A stretch of 26,643 bases of DNA from an uncultured Solirubrobacteraceae bacterium (GTDB lineage: Bacteria > Actinomycetota > Thermoleophilia > Solirubrobacterales > Solirubrobacteraceae), in the NCBI GenBank assembly GCA_964588985.1, contig CAZPQW010000035.1:1-26643 (forward strand). The letters are read 5' to 3'. Numbering within the stretch: position 1 is the first letter of the stretch; each line of letters opens with the position of its first letter. Shown here one piece after another: positions 9,533-16,526 of this stretch. Both the position numbers and the translations under genes were made by a program. A model generated the notes under the pieces. It saw only the letters and a program-made list of their open reading frames with translations, was not told where the DNA came from and ran no database searches.

Positions 9533-10666
9533 ATGTCGCGAGTGACGGTAGTCGACGTGGGTGACGGGGCCTGCACTGTGCTTCGTTGTTGGTGCATGGG
9601 GATGCCGTGCAGTTGTACGACGGCGGTCATCGACTGTGGCAACTACAGGGCGGCAACGCTGGAGGCCACAAACAGACTCGAAGCGGTGCTAGAGCGAGAC
9701 GATCTTGCCCGGTTGCAGACGATCATCGTTACCCACTTCGATGAAGACCACTGGGGCGGATTGCGTATGCTGGCCGAACGACTCAAACCCGAAGAAGGTC
9801 CAAGGCGTGTGCAGATCGTGTACCCACGCATGCCGGACATACAACTCGACACGGCCGCCCTTGAGCTAGCGATGCGCGCGACTGTCGCCGGCACAGGAGT
9901 GCGCGCCCTCGACCTGACCACGGCTTGGGACCGAATCGCGAGCGTCGACCGACTCCCAGTGTCTCGGGGTGCCCGCTTCCACGCTGCAGGGCGGGTGTGG
10001 ACAGTCCTATGGCCGCCGCGACACCTCAGCAATGAACTCCGTGCGCGTCTGCGCAAGACTGTGATGGAAGCCGACCAGCTCGCCGATAAGCTCGCCGAGA
10101 GAGGTAACGTCGCGCTCAAGGAAAACCTGGCGATTGCCAGGAGGATCGGATTCTCAGCCGGGATGCCTGAGCCGGACATGCTCAGCAACGATGAGGAGCT
10201 CTTTCATGACGACGACGCCCTGCTCGCGCAGAATGATGAGCACTCAGAGTCAGACCGAGGCAACCCTCCAGAGGGATATGTAAACGTGCACGGCGAGAGC
10301 CAAGATCTAGGAGCGATCCCGCAAGACTGTCACACCGAGTACCGTGAAATCATGAAGCGCGTAGCCGCCGCCAACAACGACCTTTCTCTCGTGTTTCACG
10401 ACGAAGACGGTAGCCTCATTGTCTTCGGCGACGTTCAAGGTCGCGCGCTGCAATCTGCCGTGCGACGAACTCGCACATGTTATCGGGTGATCATCGCGCC
10501 GCACCATGGTACTGTGAACGTCCCGGCAGGATTCCCTAGGGGTTTGGCCTGCGTGGCGCAAGCAGGTTCCGGTCACTTCTCACGCTGGAATAAGCACCTC
10601 AGCACTCACCGGCAGCAACGACTGTGCATCACCACTGCGACGATGGGCACAATCAGCTTCTGGTGA
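9533..10666 (+). CDS. Stand-alone ComEC/Rec2-type metallo-beta-lactamase-fold hydrolase (377 aa)
   Basis: VDVGDGAC, IDCG, THFDEDHWGG, VLWPP, NNDLSLV, FGD, APHHGT. ATG 9533 chosen because TACGAT lies 7 nt upstream and the fold starts there. Confidence 0.8.
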   Translation: MSRVTVVDVGDGACTVLRCWCMGMPCSCTTAVIDCGNYRAATLEATNRLEAVLERDDLARLQTIIVTHFDEDHWGGLRMLAERLKPEEGPRRVQIVYPRMPDIQLDTAALELAMRATVAGTGVRALDLTTAWDRIASVDRLPVSRGARFHAAGRVWTVLWPPRHLSNELRARLRKTVMEADQLADKLAERGNVALKENLAIARRIGFSAGMPEPDMLSNDEELFHDDDALLAQNDEHSESDRGNPPEGYVNVHGESQDLGAIPQDCHTEYREIMKRVAAANNDLSLVFHDEDGSLIVFGDVQGRALQSAVRRTRTCYRVIIAPHHGTVNVPAGFPRGLACVAQAGSGHFSRWNKHLSTHRQQRLCITTATMGTISFW

Positions 10667-10881
10667 TCTATGCGCCGCTAAGGACCGCGCCCTGCGCGGT
10701 CGGGCGCAGGGACCGGAGCAGGCGCTCGACGCTCGGCATCACGCACGGGTAGCTCTCGACGACTGCTCGTCGTCCAAGGCAGGCGCCTAGCCGCGACCAA
10801 CCCCCCGACGACTGAGCCGGACCGGTTTCGGCGGGGACTGTGATCAATCTCTCCGTCAAAGCCGGCCCGACTCACCTCGTG

Positions 10882-12804
10882 CTACCGCTTGCCCTTTTTC
10901 TTGACGTGGTGATGGCGTCTGGCGCTCGCCTCGCATTTCGCGCGCCTGTGCCGGTTCTTGATTTTGTGACATCTTGCGAGAGCGCGAGCGAGGGAGGACA
11001 GCTTCTTTGGTTCGGCGTGACTAGCTGCGCCCAAAACCCCGTGGGTAGGCTGAGAAGTCTGAGACTGGCCCGTGACGGATGGAGTAGTTACGTTGGCTGG
11101 CTGCGTCTTGATGGCATACAGCGAAAGACCACCATCGTCAATCACGATCGCGTTCGGACTCGCTGAGACCGGTTCGCGCTCCCCGTCATTGAATGACCAA
11201 TAGGTGTTGGAGGGAACACCCTTTACGATGGTGCCGTTGACTGGCTCGGGATGTTCGGCCACGTACGACGCGAATGCGTTTTCGGCGATGTTGACGAAGC
11301 CGGGACATTCTTCCAAAGGTGCGCAGCTTGTGAGGCCCAGCAGCGCACCACCAGCAGCCCTAGCGACCAATCCCGTCAGGGAGCCGTCAGCGATTCTAAC
11401 GAACGTCCCGTCTGCAATGGTGTGGTACTCCCCGGCGTAAAAGTTGTACGCGTTTTCTGCCACGTTGACAGCAGAGGAGCATTCTGGGATGCCTTCGCAG
11501 GTCGTGAACCCAAGGAGCACTCCCCCTACGACCCGGCCGATGAGGCCGTTCTCAGCGCCGTCGGCGACTCGCACCACCGTCCCGTTGGCGATCGTGTGGT
11601 ACTCCCCGGCATAGAAGTTGTACGCGTTTTCCGCCACGTTAACAGCCGAACCACATTCAGGGATCCCTTCACACGTCGTAAAGCCAAGCAATACCCCGCC
11701 CACGACCCGGCCAATCAGACCGTTCTCAACACCGTCAGCGACCCGCACCACCGTCCCGTTGGCGATCGTGTGGTACTCCCCGGCATAGAAGTTGTACGCG
11801 TTTTCCGCCACGTTAACAGCCGAACCACATTCAGGGATCCCTTCACACGTCGTAAAGCCGAGCAATACCCCGCCCACGACCCGGCCAATCAGACCGTTCT
11901 CAGCACCGTCAGCGACCCGCACCACCGTCCCGTTGGCAATGATTTGATGCGCGGCCAAGTAGTCGCTGTATCCGCCCGAGTCGATGTTGACTGCAGAGCC
12001 GCATTCCGGGATGCCTTCACAGGTGTCCAGTCCGAGAGGCACCCCTCCTGCTACGCGCGCGATGAGCCCATACGAGGCACCGTCTGCCACTCGCAGGAAC
12101 GTTCCGTTTGAGGGTTCCGTTGCGTAGCCCGCAAGATTGGGCAACTCGATCAATCCTGGGCAGCCACCCAGAGGGGCACAGCTGTCCACATGCAATGCAG
12201 CACCGCCAGCCACCACATAGATCGACCCATCGGGAGTACGAACGAACGAGCCATTGGATTTCGGAGGTCCTTCCACGTCGTGAGGATGTAGGAAGGCGTC
12301 TACGGAACTCGCAGGAATCCAGCCAGCATCGGAGTATCCTCCGCTGCCAGCATAGTTGTCGGCTCGGATAAATACTTCGCTACCGCGAACTTGTTCTACG
12401 TAGGCGACATGACCGAAACCTCCGCCTACCTCTGAACCCCACCATGCGATCGCGCCGACCGCCGGCGTGTTGTTGTGGCTCGTGTGGTTGATCCATTCAA
12501 ACGCATTACCCCAAAGCCCGGGGTTACCCAAACCGTTCTGTTCCAATCTCCAGGCGGCGTACAGGGTACAGTTGTGGTAGCCGGTAGGCGTTTCCGCGTA
12601 CGCGCCGCCATAATATTTCCATGCCCACCCCCCCGCAGCGTTGGTTGCGTCATAGCCCGGCGTACATGCATAACCGTAGCTGAAGCATTCAGTCTGAGAC
12701 CCATACGCGACAGAGGCCCCAACGACCGCCACAGCCGTCATCGCGAGCGCCGCAACGGTCGCAAGAAGCGCGCAGAGACGGGATAGGCCATATGAGACCG
12801 CCAC
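10882..12804 (-). CDS. Secreted CHAP-domain peptidoglycan hydrolase with 58-aa Cys-containing repeats and a basic C-terminal tail
   Basis: Signal-like RLCALLATVAALAMTAVAVVGASVAYG; CHAP motifs NCTLYAAWR, WGNAFEW, PAVGAIAWW, GHVAYVEQV. Probable GTG start at 12804; the ORF is open to 12894. Confidence 0.85.
   Translation of the reverse strand: MAVSYGLSRLCALLATVAALAMTAVAVVGASVAYGSQTECFSYGYACTPGYDATNAAGGWAWKYYGGAYAETPTGYHNCTLYAAWRLEQNGLGNPGLWGNAFEWINHTSHNNTPAVGAIAWWGSEVGGGFGHVAYVEQVRGSEVFIRADNYAGSGGYSDAGWIPASSVDAFLHPHDVEGPPKSNGSFVRTPDGSIYVVAGGAALHVDSCAPLGGCPGLIELPNLAGYATEPSNGTFLRVADGASYGLIARVAGGVPLGLDTCEGIPECGSAVNIDSGGYSDYLAAHQIIANGTVVRVADGAENGLIGRVVGGVLLGFTTCEGIPECGSAVNVAENAYNFYAGEYHTIANGTVVRVADGVENGLIGRVVGGVLLGFTTCEGIPECGSAVNVAENAYNFYAGEYHTIANGTVVRVADGAENGLIGRVVGGVLLGFTTCEGIPECSSAVNVAENAYNFYAGEYHTIADGTFVRIADGSLTGLVARAAGGALLGLTSCAPLEECPGFVNIAENAFASYVAEHPEPVNGTIVKGVPSNTYWSFNDGEREPVSASPNAIVIDDGGLSLYAIKTQPANVTTPSVTGQSQTSQPTHGVLGAASHAEPKKLSSLARALARCHKIKNRHRRAKCEASARRHHHVKKKGKR
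11239..12108 (-). repeat. Intragenic 174-bp (58-codon) tandem repeat: three near-identical units (11413-11934) plus diverged flanking units
   Basis: Unit boundaries at 11413, 11587, 11761 and 11935. Units 11587-11760 and 11761-11934 differ at 2 of 174 nt. Peptide IANGTVVRVADGAENGLIGRVVGGVLLGFTTCEGIPECGSAVNVAENAYNFYAGEYHT. Confidence 0.95.
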
Positions 12805-12942
12805 GGGACTCTCGCCTTCGCCGGGGAGTGAACTGCACGGCACGCTCAAGCTATAGGGCTTCGTGAGACCGTATTCGAATTGGCATTCCGTCACCGGTTC
12901 CCCGTTTGGATTGACCGTACCGCTGAGCCCCGATATTCAGCG

Positions 12943-14532
12943 TCAACATTGCGGTATAGGCGACGAGAACGCACCACCCACGCCAGGTGTATCGACGTAG
13001 ACATCGGTGACATAGGCGCCGTTGGTGAGCTTGTCCCACACGGTCGACGCGGTGCCGTGGTTGGGAGTGACCAGCTCGCCATGCGTCTGGCAGACGATGT
13101 CCACTTCGGCGCCTTCCGCTAGGGAGCCTGTCTGCGCATAGGCGCTATACCCAGGGCCTGCACGCTCCTTGAGCCCGCAAGCGCCGTCTGCGCACGTCCC
13201 ATATACGTGGTGAACGAAGAAGCTCGGTTTGGCTTCTTTTTCTTCTCTTTCTCTCTTTTCCCGTTCGGCTCTTTCGCGTTCTGCCTTTTCTCTTTCGACC
13301 GTTTCGTTGCACACCGGCAGGCCCAGCGTGAAGGCGTTGTCCATGGGCGTGTTGACATAGTAATCGGGGACCCATCCGGCCGAAACCGAATCCCAGATCG
13401 ATGAGTTGCCCACGACATTCGAGTTCCTCACCTGGCAGATGATGCCCAGCGGGCTGTCCGCACCCAGCTGAGCGACGATCGAAGAACTTGTCGAGGCCTG
13501 ACTGTAAACACTCACGGGCGCCAGGGTGTAATAGTCGCCCGGATGAAGTGTGGGTTGCTTGCCGCCACCGCCGACAATCCCCGCGTTGGCGATCGCCGCA
13601 CCGTCGCAGTGCTCGGAGCCATCGGAGATCAGCTGGAGGCAGCCTTGGCCTCCGCGTGCGCCATCGTGAATCACATAGCCGCCTATCACCTGGCCGTCGA
13701 TGTCTGCGGCCGGAATGTGCCAAACCCCGGCGCCATGCGTTCCGACAGTGGTGCTGAAGTGGTAGATTGAGAAGTGAACGTGCGCTCCGACTGCGTATCC
13801 GCCACACCCGACGGCGGTGCCGATTCTCCCGATAACATCACCGCGGTGCACGAACTGCCCAGTGGTGACTGAAATCGATGGCATGTGGTAGTAGCCGGTC
13901 TCCCAGCCGCCTCCGTGGTCGACTAGCACGAGGTTCGCGCACGGTCTGTAGACGACACCGTCCGCTGCGGCCCGCAAGACACCGTCACCGCCGGAGAAGT
14001 CCAGCGACGTGAAGGGATGCCCGTACGCCGAGCCGTCCGTGTTGTGTGGACCCTGTATCAGCGTCCAGCTTTGCCCAGGAGTCCAGGGCAGGCTGAATTC
14101 GGGGCCACCACCCGCGCCGCCGGGAAGCGTCGAAGCCTGATCGAGCTTGAGAATGCTCGCCGGCACCAGCGTTGCCGGTGCGCGGCCCAGTAGCGCGATG
14201 AACGCATTCGTATCCTGGAGGGCGACCCGCCAATGACGGCCGCGGAGCTGCGCGAGGAATGACGTTGCGACACCAGCACCCTCGGACCGCCGTGGCGGAG
14301 GGATCTCGGCGACCCCAAAATCCCACGCGCCGACGCGACGGATCACGGATATAACCGCGCGCGCCCTCGCCGGACGGCCGGCACTCCTGTTCAGCAGTGT
14401 CTGCACGGCCCTCTGAACGGGCTGTGAACGTCCGCCCGTCATTCGGCCGACCGCTGTACCGTCCAGCGCACCCACTGCCAGAACTGCTATCGCAGAGACG
14501 AAACAACAGTAGCGACCGACCCTACGACTCAT
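12943..14532 (-). CDS. Secreted M23 metallopeptidase (LasA/M23A-like) with pro-region and two SH3b-like cell-wall-binding domains (529 aa)
   Basis: Signal peptide; FSLPWTPGQSW..IQGPH...FTSLDFS resembles the LasA LPW..G.SW...GAH...YSS.D segment; TGYYH; GAHVHFS. Two C-terminal domains share I.CQ.......S..WD....G..V.D.YV.TP. GGGGGA RBS upstream of ATG 14532. Confidence 0.87.
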   Translation of the reverse strand: MSRRVGRYCCFVSAIAVLAVGALDGTAVGRMTGGRSQPVQRAVQTLLNRSAGRPARARAVISVIRRVGAWDFGVAEIPPPRRSEGAGVATSFLAQLRGRHWRVALQDTNAFIALLGRAPATLVPASILKLDQASTLPGGAGGGPEFSLPWTPGQSWTLIQGPHNTDGSAYGHPFTSLDFSGGDGVLRAAADGVVYRPCANLVLVDHGGGWETGYYHMPSISVTTGQFVHRGDVIGRIGTAVGCGGYAVGAHVHFSIYHFSTTVGTHGAGVWHIPAADIDGQVIGGYVIHDGARGGQGCLQLISDGSEHCDGAAIANAGIVGGGGKQPTLHPGDYYTLAPVSVYSQASTSSSIVAQLGADSPLGIICQVRNSNVVGNSSIWDSVSAGWVPDYYVNTPMDNAFTLGLPVCNETVEREKAERERAEREKREREEKEAKPSFFVHHVYGTCADGACGLKERAGPGYSAYAQTGSLAEGAEVDIVCQTHGELVTPNHGTASTVWDKLTNGAYVTDVYVDTPGVGGAFSSPIPQC

Positions 14533-14570
14533 CTCAAATCCCCCAATTCCGAAGGCGTCGACGGGACAGC

Positions 14571-14609
14571 GTTCCTACCGCAGAGCGGAACATTACCACG
14601 TGTAGGAAC
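14571..14609 (-). promoter_or_regulatory. Putative extended -10 promoter of the M23 gene bracketed by an 8-bp inverted repeat
   Basis: Minus-strand TG-G-TAATGT (14598-14590) sits between GTTCCTAC (14571-14578) and GTAGGAAC (14602-14609). Confidence 0.45.
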
Positions 14610-15122
14610 AACGGGAGCATTCCTCGTTTGGCGGCTCGCGGTCGCCAATCTCTGTACACCGATCAGAAGTTCGAGAGCTACCACGCGCTTGGCGTCCAAG
14701 CGGGCACGCACGCGCTGAGGTTGATGGGATCGTCCGAGCAGCTAGCGTCATTGTGCGCCCACAGCGTGGCGCGTAAGCCGCCAAGCCAGCGATCGACTGC
14801 GGACAGGTGGGTGTTCGGCAACTCTGCCGTTTCAGCGGGACGGACGAGCCTACGCAACGGCCAGCTCAGAACGGCCATCGCGCATCCTCGATCGTCGCGA
14901 GGGGGTGCCGGCCCCTTCGAGCGACAGCAGACCTTAAGCGTCGAGACCCGCCGGCGTCGTCTGGAGTATTTACGAGATCACCGAAGCCCGTGGAGACGCG
15001 ACTGCCTCCCTGGCGAACCGGCCGTCACAGCCGACGCGCGCAACGCTGTTGCAACGGACAGATACGCGAGAGTGCAACTTGAATCGCCGTAGGCGCTCGC
15101 TCTCGTTCGATCGCTCGAAGTT

Positions 15123-15458
15123 CTACCCCTTCCCCGGCAACCCCCGCGCGCACTCCACCCCCCGAGCAACCCACCGCTCCAACTGCCGCTTCGTCTTAAC
15201 ACCCGCCTCATCAACCCGCAGCCACCCCTGCATCGCACGCCCGCGCATCTCGAACGGCCGCGCGTGAGGCTTCTGCAGCAGCGCATCCGTTTCAGCCGGA
15301 TCCACCCGCAGCAACAGCCCACCCTGACCGCTGACGCTCACGGACATGTTCCCGTCGATCAGGAACGCAAGCCCACCGAACATCCGCTTTTCGGAGATGC
15401 CCTCCTCGATCAGAACGAGCTCGCGGATGCGGTTGGCGAGATCCTCGTCGTAGGCCAT
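15123..15458 (-). CDS. TfoX/Sxy N-terminal domain protein (111 aa)
   Basis: MAYDEDLANRIRE...SEKRMFGGLAFLIDGNM.V.V...GGLLLRVDP...M.GR.M.GWLRV, typical of small TfoX_N proteins. Confidence 0.88.
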   Translation of the reverse strand: MAYDEDLANRIRELVLIEEGISEKRMFGGLAFLIDGNMSVSVSGQGGLLLRVDPAETDALLQKPHARPFEMRGRAMQGWLRVDEAGVKTKRQLERWVARGVECARGLPGKG

Positions 15459-15465
15459 CGCCGCA

Positions 15466-16503
15466 TTATCCACTCCGCAGCGACGCCGCCCGCCATAGCC
15501 CCTGGTCCTCCTTGCCGAGTCGCCACAGCCCACCAGTGAGCCCGTTGGCGCGCGCGACACCGAGGATGTCGAGCACCGAGCGCGCGTCCATGTACCAGAC
15601 GGTGTGCGTAACGCCTTCGGGAGTGGTGTATCCGAACGTCAACTCGCCCGAGGCCGGATCGCGCTTGGGGATCGCCCCCACCGAGTGCACCAGCGCGACC
15701 ACGCCCGAGTACTGAAGCGCGGTCGCGAGATCCCCTGGCCCGCCTTCCCCCGCCCAGTCCAGCCCGTACATCGGCGCTCCGAGCACGAAGCGCGACGCGG
15801 TCGGCAGCAACTTCACGTACCGCGCCACCTCGGACACGTACGCCAGCGGCGCGATCGGGCCGGGAGTCGAGCCGGCCCAGTGCGCTCCCCACGCCATCAC
15901 GAACACGCTGTCCGCCACCGCCCCGAGCGCGCGGTCGTCGTAGAAGCCCGTCGAGAGCGCCCTGTTGTCGCTCGTCACGCCGGCGACCACCACGGTGAGC
16001 TTCTTGTGATGGGAGTGCAGCCACCGCGCGAGCGAGGACACGAACGAGGTGAGCGCTTCGCGGTCGGCCGCGCCGTCGTTCTCCAGGTCCAGGCACAGGC
16101 CGCCGTAGAGCGGATAGCGGGCGATCGCCTTCAGACGCGCGAGCGTTTCCGCGCGCAGCCCGGGTTCGGTGAGGATGCGGTGCACGGTCGCGCCGTCCTG
16201 GCAGTTGAACCTAGGCTCGACCGCGATGTGGCGTTCGCGGACGTACGCGGTCGTCGCGGGGATGTCCTGGCCGGCAACGCTGCCGCTGGGCACGCTGCAG
16301 TCGAAGTACGTCGGGTACACCACGCCGACCGCCCGCACGTGCGTCTTCAGGTCGGCAAGCGAATCGGGGGCGCTCGTGAGCAGGAACACCTGGAGCTTCG
16401 GCCGATGATGAGCCGCCGCCGAAGCAGCCCCGGACATGGCGAACAGCGCCACGACGACGGCCAGCGCCATCCTCCCCACACCGGCTGTCATCCCACTTCG
16501 CAT
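15466..16503 (-). CDS. Secreted glycoside hydrolase family 18 (YaaH/YdhD-like), single domain
   Basis: Signal peptide RMALAVVVALFAMSGAASAAA; YGGLCLDLE catalytic DxE; PGPIAP, FVLGAPMYGLDW, VWYMD, LWRLG.ED. Start uncertain (16503, 16491 or 16470). Confidence 0.85.
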   Translation of the reverse strand: MRSGMTAGVGRMALAVVVALFAMSGAASAAAHHRPKLQVFLLTSAPDSLADLKTHVRAVGVVYPTYFDCSVPSGSVAGQDIPATTAYVRERHIAVEPRFNCQDGATVHRILTEPGLRAETLARLKAIARYPLYGGLCLDLENDGAADREALTSFVSSLARWLHSHHKKLTVVVAGVTSDNRALSTGFYDDRALGAVADSVFVMAWGAHWAGSTPGPIAPLAYVSEVARYVKLLPTASRFVLGAPMYGLDWAGEGGPGDLATALQYSGVVALVHSVGAIPKRDPASGELTFGYTTPEGVTHTVWYMDARSVLDILGVARANGLTGGLWRLGKEDQGLWRAASLRSG

Positions 16504-16526
16504 CGCTCGGCGAAACGTTAGAGGCC

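Larger units (their letters stand above)
9340..15120. other. Lower-GC accessory block (MBL hydrolase, CHAP, M23) between two convergent host-like genes
   Basis: Many more A/T-ending codons than in glnN, metH or the GT2 (by eye). No integrase, transposase or flanking direct repeat was seen. Confidence 0.55.

Noticed and set aside
11413-11934. 174-bp tandem repeats as a CRISPR array or a DGR template/variable pair
   Set aside because: The units are contiguous, in frame and have no spacers. No cas or reverse transcriptase gene is in the window, and two mismatches are too few to show adenine-specific mutagenesis.
14397-15092. 231-aa plus-strand ORF
   Set aside because: It overlaps the M23 start and promoter on the opposite strand and has no recognisable motif or host-like codon pattern.
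14533-15120. c-di-AMP (ydaO) riboswitch upstream of the cell-wall hydrolases
   Set aside because: Expected from context in actinomycetes, but I could not find the conserved CCGTCAGCTAAC-like and GAATC elements on the minus strand.
9340-15120. Prophage, IS or integrative element
   Set aside because: No integrase, transposase, phage structural gene, tRNA target, terminal inverted repeat or target duplication was seen; only the compositional shift is supported.
9533-15458. ComEC-like plus TfoX as a competence locus
   Set aside because: The MBL lacks the ComEC membrane channel, small TfoX_N proteins are widespread without a shown competence role, and the genes are separated and convergent.
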